The notes: generated by a model from the letters alone, not told the origin. Numbered from the stretch's first letter, positions 29,746 to 39,756 are shown. The stretch: 64,000 bases of DNA from Candidatus Fervidifonticultor secundus (GCA_031459385.1 JAVKIP010000001.1:320001-384000), one strand, 5' to 3'. Program-made: numbers and translations.

Positions 29746-30647
29746 GGGTGGCCACCTCCCCGGAGTCTCGGATCCATGGCTTCCCGGAGCCCGTCACCCA
29801 GCAGGTTGAACCCCAGCACGCTCAGCATGATGGCCAGGCCGGGAAACAGGACGAGCCACGGTGCAATGGTCATGTACTGCCTGCCCCTGCTGATCATGCC
29901 ACCCCACGACGGGGCGGGCGGCTGGGGGCCCAGGCCGAGGAACGAGAGGCCGGCCTCGACCAGGATGACGATGGACAGGTTCAGAGTCGCGGCGATGACC
30001 ACGGGCGGCAGGATGTTGGGCAGGATGTGCACCGCAACGATGCGCCGCGCCGCCGCACCCAGCGCCGCAGCGGCCTGGACGTATTCCAGCGTCTTCGTAG
30101 TCAGGGTGACGCTCCGCGCCAGCACCGCGAACTGTGGCATCGTCAGGAGGGCGATAGTGAGCACCAGATTGGTGAGGCTGGGCCCCAGGGCGGCCACGAC
30201 GGCCACTGCCAGGAGGAGTGGTGGAAAGGCGAACAGGACGTCGAACAGACGCATGGCGATCAGGTCCACCGTGCCGCCGGCAAATCCAATTGCCGTGCCC
30301 AGCGGCACTCCCACGGCGACGGCCAAGGAAACAGCACCCAGCGCCGCGGCCAGCGAGGTGCGGGCGCCGTGGATCACGCGACTTGCGATGTCGCGCCCCA
30401 GTTCGTCGGTGCCGAATGGGAATCTCGTGGACGGTGGGCGGATCTCGAAGCCGGGGTGCAACGCTGTGGGGCCGTAGGGGGCCAGCGCGGGCGCCAGCAG
30501 CGCGACGAGCATCACGCTCAGGACGACGGCCGCGCCTGCCAGCGCCGACCAGTTGCGTCTCAGCCGCCGCCACGCCGAGGCGCGGTACGATGGTGCGCCG
30601 GTGGAGGGCGATGGGAGTGGCCGGGCGGCGGCCCCACGGCTAGCCAT
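29742..30647 (-). CDS. Peptide ABC transporter permease (DppC-like)
   Basis: FGTDELGRD, EYVQAAAALGA, HILPN, LSFLGLG, NLLGDGLRE. Confidence 0.92.
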   Translation of the reverse strand: MASRGAAARPLPSPSTGAPSYRASAWRRLRRNWSALAGAAVVLSVMLVALLAPALAPYGPTALHPGFEIRPPSTRFPFGTDELGRDIASRVIHGARTSLAAALGAVSLAVAVGVPLGTAIGFAGGTVDLIAMRLFDVLFAFPPLLLAVAVVAALGPSLTNLVLTIALLTMPQFAVLARSVTLTTKTLEYVQAAAALGAAARRIVAVHILPNILPPVVIAATLNLSIVILVEAGLSFLGLGPQPPAPSWGGMISRGRQYMTIAPWLVLFPGLAIMLSVLGFNLLGDGLREAMDPRLRGGGHP

Positions 30648-31590
30648 AGACGATGCGGGGATCCACCAGACGGTACAGCAGGTCGATGGCCAGGTTGAGG
30701 AGCACGGCGTTGACCGTGAGGAATAGCACGGTTCCCTGAATCATGGTGTAGTCACGCTGGTAGATGGCGTTGACCACCAGCCGCCCCACGCCGGGCAGGG
30801 CGAACACCTCTTCGATGATCACTGCGCCGCCGATGAGGGCCACGAACTGGAGGCCGGTGACGGCAATCACCGGGATCAGGGCGTTGGTCAGGGCGTGGCG
30901 GAACAGCACACGATGTTCCGTCACGCCTTTGGCGCGGGCTGTACGGACGTAGTCCTGCGCCAGCGCTTCCAGCATGCTGGCACGCGTGTGTCGCAGCAGG
31001 ATGGCTGAAACGGCAATCCCCAGGGCCAGCGCCGGTGGAAGCATGTGGCCCACGCTGGCCAGGGGTGCTTCGTGGAAGGGAATGTAGCCAAGGGTCGATA
31101 CGGCGGGCAGGTACCGTGCGCCGAGGACGATGAGGACCGTCCCCATGAAGAACGCCGGTGTCGAAATGAACAGCAGGGACGTCAGCCGGACGACGTGCGC
31201 CCACAGCCCGACCACGGGTGTGGCGGACAGGACGCCCAGGGGCACGCCCACCACGACGGCAATGGTCATGGCCATCACCGTCAGCTGGATGGTGACGGGG
31301 TACGCGCGGCGGATCTCTGCGGCCACGGAGCCCCCGTGGACGAGAGAGCGACCCAGATCGCCCTGGAGGACGGCCGCCACCCAGTGCAGGTACTGCACGG
31401 CCAGCGGCCTGTCGAGGTGCAGGGCCTGGATCAGCGCTTGCCGGTTCTGCTCGTTCTGGCTGGCCGTGATGCCCAGCAGGACCGTCACCAGATCGCCGGG
31501 GATCAGGTGGACGACCGAGAACGAGACCACCGAAACTCCCAGGAGCGTGGGGAGGAGCAGGGCGACGCGCTTGGCGACATAGGCCTGCAT
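30640..31590 (-). CDS. Peptide ABC transporter permease (DppB-like)
   Basis: GDLGRS, DYVRTARAKG, RHALTNALIP, DPRI. Confidence 0.92.
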   Translation of the reverse strand: MQAYVAKRVALLLPTLLGVSVVSFSVVHLIPGDLVTVLLGITASQNEQNRQALIQALHLDRPLAVQYLHWVAAVLQGDLGRSLVHGGSVAAEIRRAYPVTIQLTVMAMTIAVVVGVPLGVLSATPVVGLWAHVVRLTSLLFISTPAFFMGTVLIVLGARYLPAVSTLGYIPFHEAPLASVGHMLPPALALGIAVSAILLRHTRASMLEALAQDYVRTARAKGVTEHRVLFRHALTNALIPVIAVTGLQFVALIGGAVIIEEVFALPGVGRLVVNAIYQRDYTMIQGTVLFLTVNAVLLNLAIDLLYRLVDPRIVYG

Positions 31591-31602
31591 GGAGACCGGG
31601 CG

Positions 31603-33213
31603 CTACCTGTCCAGCCACACCGTCTTGAAGAACTGTCGGCTGCGACTGCCCGGTTGCGCCCCGGGGAGGGACACATACCCCTTGACGAAGTCGCGCACCA
31701 GTTCCACCGCCCCCGAGGCGTAGATGTAGAGCATGTAGGCCTGGTCGGCGACGTAGCGCTGCAACTGCTGGTAGATGGCGACGCGCCTGTCGCGGTCGAG
31801 GGTGGTGCGGCCCTGCTCGAGCAGCTGGTCGACGTAGGGATCGCGGAACTTGCCGAGGTTGATGGCCGAGTCGCTGTGGTAGATGTCGTACACGTGGGCG
31901 TCGGGGTCGGGTTGCCAGACCGTGGGGATCATGCTCATGCCGTCGTAGGTGGTGCGCACGAACGCGGTGAGCAGCGCCCCCCACTCGCCCTGCCGGAGGG
32001 TGACCCGAATGCCGGCCTGGGCCCACTGTTCGCGGAGCACTTCGCCGGTGCGGACGGTCAGGGGGAACCGCGGTGGTACCTCCAGGGTGGTGTCGATGCC
32101 GTTGGGGTAGCCGGCTTCGGCCAGGAGCTGACGGGCCAGCTGAGGGTTGTGCTCGTAGTAGGGCAGGCCCTTTTCGTCGCCGCTGTAGCCAAAGGGCGCG
32201 TCGCACGGCGGAATCTTGGTGGAGATGGCCCCCTTGCCGCGCAGGACAGCGCGGATCACCTCGCGGCGATTCATCCCGACGCTGACGGCACGACGGACCC
32301 GCACGTCATTGAACGGTGGTTTGGTCTGGTTGAGGGCCAGGGTATGTTGCGCGCAGTACCCCCGGGGGAGCAGCACGGCGACTCCCGGCATGGTGCGGAC
32401 CTGCTCGTCCACCAGGGGGTCGACCGACCACGTGTAGTGGATGGTTCCCGTGCGCAGGGCAGCCAGCCGCGCGGCCTCGTCGGGGATGATGCGGTACTCG
32501 ATCGTGTCGAGGTACGGCAGGCCGTCTTCGTAATAGTGGGGGTTTCGACGAAGGACGACGATGTTCTCGGAGACGAAGCGTTCCACCCGGAACGGCCCCG
32601 TGCCCGAGGCCGTCTGTTGCAGGTCGCCGGCGCGCTCCACCACGTCCCGGGGGACGATGGCGGAGTAATGGGGGGTCCCGAGGTAGGAGAGGAACGGCGC
32701 GAAGGGCCGGCGCGTGGTGAAGCGGACCGTGTACTTGTCCGGCGTGTCGATGCGTTCGATGATGAGCCAGATGGAACGCCAGGGTGAGCCGGTCCTGGGG
32801 TCCATCATGCGTTCGAAGGTGTACCTGACATCGTCGGCGACGAGCTCCCGGCCGTGGTGGAACTGCACGCCGCGGCGCAGCTTGAAGACGAATGTGGTGG
32901 GATTGACCACGTCGTAGGATTCGGCCAGGTCGGGGACGAGCTTGTTGGTGGGGCTCCGGCGCAACAGGTTGGAGTACACGTGTTCGGAGATCATCCACGT
33001 GTGCGCCGCCGCGGACTTGGCGGGGTCCAGCCCGGGCGGGGAGACGTCCGCTCCGACAACGAACGTTCCGCCGCGCCTGGGCGGGCCGCCTGGAGCCGCC
33101 TGGGCCAGCCGGTCGAAGCGGGAGAGGGCGAGCAGGGTGCCACCGGCGCCCTTGAGGAAGGTCCGACGGTCGATGTGTCCATGCACGAGCCTATCCGTCC
33201 GCTCATCCTCCAT
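31603..33213 (-). CDS. Peptide ABC substrate-binding protein with Tat signal
   Basis: DRRTFLK twin-arginine motif, PDLAESY, FKLRRGVQFHHG, SGTGPF. Confidence 0.92.
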   Translation of the reverse strand: MEDERTDRLVHGHIDRRTFLKGAGGTLLALSRFDRLAQAAPGGPPRRGGTFVVGADVSPPGLDPAKSAAAHTWMISEHVYSNLLRRSPTNKLVPDLAESYDVVNPTTFVFKLRRGVQFHHGRELVADDVRYTFERMMDPRTGSPWRSIWLIIERIDTPDKYTVRFTTRRPFAPFLSYLGTPHYSAIVPRDVVERAGDLQQTASGTGPFRVERFVSENIVVLRRNPHYYEDGLPYLDTIEYRIIPDEAARLAALRTGTIHYTWSVDPLVDEQVRTMPGVAVLLPRGYCAQHTLALNQTKPPFNDVRVRRAVSVGMNRREVIRAVLRGKGAISTKIPPCDAPFGYSGDEKGLPYYEHNPQLARQLLAEAGYPNGIDTTLEVPPRFPLTVRTGEVLREQWAQAGIRVTLRQGEWGALLTAFVRTTYDGMSMIPTVWQPDPDAHVYDIYHSDSAINLGKFRDPYVDQLLEQGRTTLDRDRRVAIYQQLQRYVADQAYMLYIYASGAVELVRDFVKGYVSLPGAQPGSRSRQFFKTVWLDR

Positions 33214-33230
33214 AGGTCGTCTCCCCCCTG

Positions 33231-34265
33231 TCAGGTCTTGCCGAAGAGTTCCGATGCGCCATCTGCGGCTCCTGCTCCAGCCTCACGGCGAGTGGTGCTG
33301 TACACTTCGGGGTTCGCCACGTGCGCCGGGCGCTCGCCGCGCAGCACCGCCAGGACCGCCTCGGCGCACGCCCGTTCCATGCGCGCGAGGGTCTCGCGGG
33401 TGTGCGAGGCGACGTGGGGTGTGGCCACGACCTGATCGAGCCCGACGAGGGTCCAGTCTACGGGCGGCTCGTCCGCGAAGACGTCGAGGCCGGCGCCGGC
33501 CAGCCGGCCGGACTGCAGCGCGCGCAGCAGGGCGGCCTCGTCCACCACGAGGCCGCGGCTGGTATTGATCAAAATCGCGCCTGGTTTCATGCGACCCAGC
33601 GTCGCCTCGTCGATCAGCCCGCGGGTCGACGGCAGCAGCGGTACGTGGACCGAGATGAAGTCGCTGCGGGCCAGGAGCTCGTCGCGCGTGCACAGCTGCA
33701 CGCCCAGCGCCCGGGCCGCGGCCTCGTCAGGCGCGACGTCGTGGGCGAGGATCTCCATCCCGAAGCCGGCCGCACGCTTCGCCACGGCGCGGCCGATGGT
33801 ACCGAAGCCGATCAGGCCCAGGGTCTTGCCCCAGACATCGGTGCTGACCGCGCGGTCCCACTCGCCGGCCTTCATCCGGCGGTCGAGCCACGCGATCCGT
33901 CGTGCCACGGCCAGCAGCAGCGCCATAGTATGGTCGGCCACCGCGTCCGCCACGACCCCCGCCGTGACGGTGACCACGACGCCGCGAGCCGTGGCGGCCT
34001 CCAGGTCCACCGAGTCGAGCCCCACGCCGCGGCGGGCGACGATCCGCAGCCGGGGCGCGGCGTCGAGCACCCGGGCGGTGATCGGCTCGGTGCCGGCGAT
34101 GATCGCGTCGACGTCGCTCACCAGCGGGAGCAGGTCGGCCTCGGTGAGCCGCCCCGCCTTCGGATAGACCACGAGCTCGACGCCGGCCTCCCGCAGCATG
34201 CGCAGGGGCTCGTCGCTGGCGCGGCCGACCTCGGGGCCGAGCAGGCAGCGCGGCCGGCGGGTCAT
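33231..34265 (-). CDS. D-2-hydroxyacid dehydrogenase (phosphoglycerate dehydrogenase-like)
   Basis: GVGLDSVD, GLIGFGTIG, INTSRG, GLDVFADEP, TPHVAS. Confidence 0.92.
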   Translation of the reverse strand: MTRRPRCLLGPEVGRASDEPLRMLREAGVELVVYPKAGRLTEADLLPLVSDVDAIIAGTEPITARVLDAAPRLRIVARRGVGLDSVDLEAATARGVVVTVTAGVVADAVADHTMALLLAVARRIAWLDRRMKAGEWDRAVSTDVWGKTLGLIGFGTIGRAVAKRAAGFGMEILAHDVAPDEAAARALGVQLCTRDELLARSDFISVHVPLLPSTRGLIDEATLGRMKPGAILINTSRGLVVDEAALLRALQSGRLAGAGLDVFADEPPVDWTLVGLDQVVATPHVASHTRETLARMERACAEAVLAVLRGERPAHVANPEVYSTTRREAGAGAADGASELFGKT

Positions 34266-35197
34266 GGCGGGGCCGCCACGGCGCGCACGGGCACAGGCCT
34301 GACGCCTGCCCCCGCCAGGCCGAGCGCGTCCAGCAGTTCGTCCAGCTCGGCGCGGCTTCCGGGGTCGAGCGCCGGGCCAGGGTGGCGGACCGCCGCCGAG
34401 GCGATCACGCCGCGGCGACGCAGGATCTCCTTGCGCAGGGCCAGGCCGATGCCCGGCTGCCCCTCGTAGCGGATTAGGGGGAGGTACCGGTAGAAGACCT
34501 CGCGGGCTCCGGCGCGGTCGCCGGCCGCGAAGGCGGTGTAGACGGCCACCAGGATCTCGGGGAACGCGAACCCGGTCATGGTGCCGACGGTGCCGCGCAG
34601 CAACTCTTCATAAAAGTACATGCCGCCCATTCCACCGTAGACCGCGACCGGCTGCTGCGCGGCGGCCAGCACTTGGGCGGCCTTCAGCGGCGAGGGCAGT
34701 TCTTCCAGCTTGATGGCACGCGCACGGGGCAGCGCATCGGTCAACGACGCCAGGAACGCGGCCGGCATCACCACGCCCGAGAAGACCGGTTCGTCCTGCA
34801 CCACGAGCGGCTGCCGTGTGGCATCGTGGACGCGGCGGTAGTACTCGCGCACGGCGTCCAGGCTGGTCAGGTTGACGGGCGGCGCCACCATCAGCGCCGC
34901 AGCCCCCAGGCCCTCGGCCAGGCGACCGTAGCGGATCGCCAGGTCGGTCGCCGGGGCTGAGGCGCCCGCCACCACCGGCACGCGCGCCGCCGCCCGGCGC
35001 ACCACTGTCTCGATGACCTGCCGCCGCTCGTCTTCTGTGAGTTTGTGGGCCTCGCCGAGGATGCCCAGGATCGTCAGGCCGTGCACACCGGCGGCGAGCT
35101 CGAACTCCACCACCCGCTCGAGACTCGCGACGTCGAGGCCGCCGTCGTCCGCAAACGGCGTCGGCAGGATGGCGTAGACGCCCGGAGGCAAGGTCAT
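34262..35197 (-). CDS. DapA family protein, L-2-keto-3-deoxyarabonate dehydratase-like subgroup
   Basis: GVYAILPTPF, GILGEA, VVQDEP in place of the usual YN.P, IKLEE Schiff-base Lys. Confidence 0.8.
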   Translation of the reverse strand: MTLPPGVYAILPTPFADDGGLDVASLERVVEFELAAGVHGLTILGILGEAHKLTEDERRQVIETVVRRAAARVPVVAGASAPATDLAIRYGRLAEGLGAAALMVAPPVNLTSLDAVREYYRRVHDATRQPLVVQDEPVFSGVVMPAAFLASLTDALPRARAIKLEELPSPLKAAQVLAAAQQPVAVYGGMGGMYFYEELLRGTVGTMTGFAFPEILVAVYTAFAAGDRAGAREVFYRYLPLIRYEGQPGIGLALRKEILRRRGVIASAAVRHPGPALDPGSRAELDELLDALGLAGAGVRPVPVRAVAAPP

Positions 35198-35345
35198 CGG
35201 AAGGCTCCTCTACCGCATCTTGGGCCGGAGGAAAACGCTGACTCCTTCCGGTATTACCCACGGAGTCCGACGCCCCCTGCCGGGCCGCGCCGCAGGCGAG
35301 TGTGCGGCGGTGACCGCGTGCGGGGACGCGACTGCGCGCCCGGCG

Positions 35346-36638
35346 ATGCCGACGATGACGATCCGTCCCGACCGCCTCCGTGCCCGCCTCGAGGCCCTGG
35401 CCCGTGTGGGCGCCGACCCAGGCGGCGGGGTCAGCCGGTTCCCCTACAGCGCGGCGCACGCCGAGGCCGTGCGCCTGGTGGCCGGCTGGATGCGCGAAGC
35501 CGGGCTGGAGGCCGGGTGCGACGCCCACGGCAACGTGGTGGGGACTTGCCCGGGCCGCACCGGCTGGCCCGCGATCCTGCTGGCCTCGCACCTGGACAGC
35601 GTGCCCCAGGGCGGCATCTTCGACGGCGCGCTGGGCGTCGTGGCCGGTGTGGAGGTCGCGCAGGCGCTGCGCGAGGCAGGCCACGCCCCGGGCCACGCCC
35701 TGACCGTCGTCGGCTTCGCCGACGAGGAGGGGTACTGGTTCGGCGTGGGCACCCTGGCCTCGCGCTGCCTGATTGGTGACGTGCCGCCCGATCGTTTCGA
35801 GACGCTGCGCGGCCGCGACGGCCGGACGCTGGCCGCCGCCCGCGCCGCGTTCGCGCACGGCCTGCCGCCGGCCCGCGTGCCCGCCGCGGCCGGCGCGTAC
35901 CTCGAGCTGCACGTCGAACAGGGCCCGGTGCTGGCGTCGAGCGGCCGCCGGGTGGCTGCGGTGACGGCCATCACCGGCATCGCGCGCACCCAGGTCACCC
36001 TCGAGGGCGAGGCCAACCACGCGGGCACCACCCCGATGGCCGGCCGGCGCGACGCGCTGGTTGGCGCCGCCGGGGTCGTGCTGGCCGTGCGCGCTCTGGC
36101 TGAGGCCGAGGGCGCGCCCACGGTGGGGACCGTCGGCGCCCTGCGCGTGCACCCCGGGGCCAGCAACATCGTGCCGGGCCGCGCGGAGTTCACCGTCGAG
36201 TTCCGCACGCCCGACGGCGCGCGCCTGCGGCGACTGTGCGAGACCATCGAGGAAGAGGTCCGCGCCGCGGCCAGCCGCGGCGGGCTGGCGATGCAGATGG
36301 GCCCCTGGGACCTGCGCGACCCGGTGCCGATGGCCGAGTCGGTGCGCCAGGCGATCGAGGCGGCGATCGCGGCCTGCGGGGAGGACCCCTACGCGATGCC
36401 GAGCGGCGCGGGTCACGACGCCATGGTCCTGGCGCCTTTTGTCCCCGCCGGAATGATCTTCGTGGCCAGCCAGGGCGGGGTGAGCCACTCGCCCCGTGAG
36501 CGGACGACCTGGGAGGACGCTGCGCTGGGCGCCGAGGTCCTCCTGCGCACCGTGCTGGCGCTCGACGGTGGCGGGCCGCTGCCGGCACACGCGCTGCCCG
36601 TGGCGGAGGGATCCACCGGGCCGGCGACGCCCGCGTGA
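35346..36638 (+). CDS. Zn-dependent M20 amidohydrolase (allantoate amidohydrolase / N-carbamoyl-amino-acid hydrolase family)
   Basis: SHLDSV..GG.FDGALGV, DEEG, YLELHVEQGP, NHAGTTPM, SGAGHDA, SHSPRE. Confidence 0.92.
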   Translation: MPTMTIRPDRLRARLEALARVGADPGGGVSRFPYSAAHAEAVRLVAGWMREAGLEAGCDAHGNVVGTCPGRTGWPAILLASHLDSVPQGGIFDGALGVVAGVEVAQALREAGHAPGHALTVVGFADEEGYWFGVGTLASRCLIGDVPPDRFETLRGRDGRTLAAARAAFAHGLPPARVPAAAGAYLELHVEQGPVLASSGRRVAAVTAITGIARTQVTLEGEANHAGTTPMAGRRDALVGAAGVVLAVRALAEAEGAPTVGTVGALRVHPGASNIVPGRAEFTVEFRTPDGARLRRLCETIEEEVRAAASRGGLAMQMGPWDLRDPVPMAESVRQAIEAAIAACGEDPYAMPSGAGHDAMVLAPFVPAGMIFVASQGGVSHSPRERTTWEDAALGAEVLLRTVLALDGGGPLPAHALPVAEGSTGPATPA

Positions 36639-36691
36639 AATAACGTGGCCTGCCGGGCAGCATCGCGCCACCGCCCGAGATCCGTCGGCGT

Positions 36692-37804
36692 TCAGCTGCT
36701 GCGCTGAGCCGACGCCGGCTGCCCCGCCAGCTCGGCGCAGGCCAGTGCCGTGCGCAGGCTGCCCGCGGTGGTGGCCAGCGCGGTGAGCGGTGCGCGGCCA
36801 GCGGCCACGGCTGCCAGCACGTCGGCGACCAGGTCGGCCACGGCCCGCCGGAACGTCTCCTCCTTGGTGCCGGGCAACACGCGCGCTATCTCTACCAGCC
36901 AGGGGCGGAACAGCGTGCGGCCCTTGCCCATCAGGTTGCGGTCGTATTGCTCTACCGCCCGCACCGCGTCGGCCCCCACGGCGGCGGCCAGGGCCGGGAT
37001 CTCCTCCTCTTCCAGCAGCGCGTGCCCCGCCAGCCGTAGCGGCACCCACCCGTGGAGTTCCACTACGCCCCGATCGAAGACCAGGCGCACCGTGGTGCGC
37101 TCGATCTGGTACGGGCGGTCGAACGCATGCCAGAACGTGGCCAGGATCCCGTCCGGGTATTCTACCGCGCAGTAGGCGCGGTCTGCGGGGCCGCCGTCCC
37201 GCCGGTAGGTCCGGGCCAGGAGTACTGCGGGGTGCCCCAGCACCTGCTCGAGGATGTCGAAGAAGTGCACGCCGTGCTCCACGAAGACGCCGCCCGAGCG
37301 GGCCGGGTCCCAGAACCAGTGGCTCGGCGCCAGCGGTTCGTCGCTGGCCAGGTTGTCGACAGCGACCCGCGTGAGCGCGCCCAGGACCCCCGCTGTACGC
37401 AGCCTGTGCACGGCGCGGTAGAGCGGATTGAATCGCATGTGGTAGTCCACGGCCACTACCCGCCCGGCGCGGTCGGCCAGTGCCTGCAGCCGCTCCAGAT
37501 CCGCCAGCGACAGGGCTGGCGGCTTCTCCAGCAGCACGTGGCGCCCGGCGGCCAGGGCGGCCTCCGCCATCTCGACGTGGAGGTAGGGCGGCGAGGCCAC
37601 GACCACCAGGTCGACCGGTGCCGCCTCCAGCATCTGCCGGTAGTCGGCGGTCCACATGGGGATGCCGTACTGCTCGGCGGTCGCCCGCGCCGTGGCCTCC
37701 ACCGAGCCGACCACGGCGGTGACCGCCGCGCCCTCCACCCCGCGGAGGGTCTCGATGAGAAACCGGCCGTATCGGCCGGCACCGATGACGCCGATCTGCA
37801 CCAT
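36692..37804 (-). CDS. Gfo/Idh/MocA family oxidoreductase
   Basis: IGVIGAG, HVLLEKP, RFNP, SGGVFVEHGVHFFD. Confidence 0.9.
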   Translation of the reverse strand: MVQIGVIGAGRYGRFLIETLRGVEGAAVTAVVGSVEATARATAEQYGIPMWTADYRQMLEAAPVDLVVVASPPYLHVEMAEAALAAGRHVLLEKPPALSLADLERLQALADRAGRVVAVDYHMRFNPLYRAVHRLRTAGVLGALTRVAVDNLASDEPLAPSHWFWDPARSGGVFVEHGVHFFDILEQVLGHPAVLLARTYRRDGGPADRAYCAVEYPDGILATFWHAFDRPYQIERTTVRLVFDRGVVELHGWVPLRLAGHALLEEEEIPALAAAVGADAVRAVEQYDRNLMGKGRTLFRPWLVEIARVLPGTKEETFRRAVADLVADVLAAVAAGRAPLTALATTAGSLRTALACAELAGQPASAQRSS

Positions 37805-37897
37805 GGCGAAGCCTCCCTGTTCCCGCACCCTGGCCGGCGGAGCCGGCGTCTGCGCGGCCGCCGTGGGCCCTCCGCGGCCGCCGCGGCCCCGCACCTG

Positions 37898-37926
37898 TTG
37901 ACGGCCCCGGCAGGGCCTGCTATTCT
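37898..37926 (+). promoter_or_regulatory. sigma70-type promoter of glnA
   Basis: TTGACG (37898-37903), 17-nt spacer, TATTCT (37921-37926) with extended -10 TG. Confidence 0.75.
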
Positions 37927-37960
37927 TCCTCCTAGTTTCATAGTACCGTCGTGGGCCACG

Positions 37961-37992
37961 GCGCCCCCCAGATGCGGGGGCGCTTTGTGTTT
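37961..37992 (+). terminator. Intrinsic terminator-like hairpin in the glnA 5' leader (putative attenuator)
   Basis: GCGCCCCC-7 nt loop-GGGGGCGC followed by TTTGTGTTT, between promoter and SD. Confidence 0.65.
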
Positions 37993-38023
37993 ATCCGGCC
38001 CGGCGAGGAGGAGGGGACGACGT

Positions 38024-39478
38024 ATGGCGATCGTGGGCGACCGCCAGAGCACCGAGGTCGCGGCGAGCCCGGAGCAGGTCCTGGCGCTGGCGAGGGAGCG
38101 GGGGGTCCAGATCGTGGACCTGCGGTTCTCCGACCTGTTCGGGATGTGGCAGCACTTCTCCATCCCGGTCACCGAGCTGTCGGCGGACCTGTTCAGCGAG
38201 GGAATCGGCTTCGACGGCAGCAGCATCCGCGGCTTCCAGCACATTCACGAGTCGGACATGATCCTGATCGGCGATCCCGCCAGTGCCGTCGTCGATCCGC
38301 TGAGCCGCATCCCCACCATGCTGCTGATCTGCGACGTCTACGACCCGGTGACCCGCGGCCGCTACACCCGCGACCCCCGGTTCATCGCGCAGAAGGCCGA
38401 GGAGTACGTGAGGAAGACCGGCATCGCCACCGCCGTCTACTTCGGGCCGGAAGCCGAGTTCTTCGTCTTTGATGAGGTCCGCTACGACCAGAGCGCCCAC
38501 CAGGCCTTCTACATGGTAGACAGCAGCGAGGGCATCTGGAACAGCGGGCGCGACGAGAAGCCCAACCTGGGCTACAAGCCGCGGCACAAGGAAGGCTACT
38601 TCCCGGTGCCGCCGTCGGACAGCCTGCAGGAGTTCCGCAGCGAGCTGGTGCTCAAGATGCAGGAGGCCGGCATCGAGGTCGAGGTGCACCACCACGAGGT
38701 GGCCACCGCCGGGCAGTGCGAGATCGACATGCGGTTCAAGAACTTGACTCGCATGGGCGATCAGATGCAGCTCTACAAGTACCTGGTGAAGATGCTGGCC
38801 CGGGCTCACTTCAAGACCGCCACGTTCATGCCCAAGCCCCTCTTCGGCGACAACGGCTCGGGCATGCACTGCCACCAGAGCCTGTGGAAGGACGGGGTCA
38901 ACCTGTTCTACGATCCCCGCGGGTACGCCAACCTGAGCCAGATCGGCCGGTGGTACATCGGCGGCCTGCTCCGCCACTCGCCGGCGCTGCTGGCCTTCGT
39001 CGCGCCCACGACCAACTCGTACCGGCGACTCGTGCCGGGCTTCGAGGCGCCCGTGAACCTGGTCTACTCCAAGCGCAACCGGAGCGCGGCCGTGCGCATC
39101 CCCGTCTACTCCAGCAACCCCAGGGCGGTGCGCATCGAGTACCGGCCGCCCGACCCGCTGGCCAACCCCTACCTGGCGTTCGCGGCCATGACCATGGCGG
39201 GGCTCGACGGCATCAAGCACAAGATCGATCCTGGCGAGCCCATGGACGTGGATCTCTACGAGCTGCCACCCGAGGAGGCAGCCCGGGTCAAGCAGGTCCC
39301 GGGCTCGCTCGATGCGGCCCTGGCGGCCCTGGAGGCGGATCACGCGTTCCTCCTGGAGGGCGATGTGTTCACCAAAGATGTCATCGAGACCTGGATCGAA
39401 ACGAAGCGGCGGAAGGAAGTCGACTACATCCGGCTGCGGCCCCATCCGTCAGAGTTCTATCTCTACTACGACGCCTAG
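38024..39478 (+). CDS. glnA: Type I glutamine synthetase
   Basis: FDGSSIRG, GPEAEFF, HHEVATAGQCEI, ATFMPKP..DNGSGMH, NSYRRLVPGFEAP, NRSAAVRIP, DLYEL adenylylation-type Tyr; SD GAGGAGG. Confidence 0.97.
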   Translation: MAIVGDRQSTEVAASPEQVLALARERGVQIVDLRFSDLFGMWQHFSIPVTELSADLFSEGIGFDGSSIRGFQHIHESDMILIGDPASAVVDPLSRIPTMLLICDVYDPVTRGRYTRDPRFIAQKAEEYVRKTGIATAVYFGPEAEFFVFDEVRYDQSAHQAFYMVDSSEGIWNSGRDEKPNLGYKPRHKEGYFPVPPSDSLQEFRSELVLKMQEAGIEVEVHHHEVATAGQCEIDMRFKNLTRMGDQMQLYKYLVKMLARAHFKTATFMPKPLFGDNGSGMHCHQSLWKDGVNLFYDPRGYANLSQIGRWYIGGLLRHSPALLAFVAPTTNSYRRLVPGFEAPVNLVYSKRNRSAAVRIPVYSSNPRAVRIEYRPPDPLANPYLAFAAMTMAGLDGIKHKIDPGEPMDVDLYELPPEEAARVKQVPGSLDAALAALEADHAFLLEGDVFTKDVIETWIETKRRKEVDYIRLRPHPSEFYLYYDA

Positions 39479-39514
39479 AGACGCCGGGCTGTCAGCGCAC
39501 GGTGAGTCGGGCAG

Positions 39515-39540
39515 AGGGGGCGGGAGCGATCCCGCCCCTT
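39515..39540 (+). terminator. Stable hairpin downstream of glnA
   Basis: GGGGCGGGA-GCGA-TCCCGCCCC stem with GNRA loop; U-tract weak. Confidence 0.55.
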
Positions 39541-39756
39541 GTGCTCTCCCCCAGCGTCTGCGGTGCGGCCGGGCGGGCCCGGTGAGGAGGTGCCCGGGGC
39601 GGGGTCCGTGCCCGCTCATCCGTGACCACGACCAGCGGCTTTGGTCATGTCGCCCATGAGCGCGCACATCGGGCCCGTCAACGGACTGACGCAATTGGGC
39701 GTGGAGATCGATGCCGCAGGAGCAGGTCCTCGCAGCCTGATCGTGAGGAGACCAGC

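Noticed and set aside
39560..39756. Possible small gene or ncRNA between glnA and the nitroreductase-like gene
   Set aside because: No SD-linked ORF with recognisable motifs or convincing RNA structure
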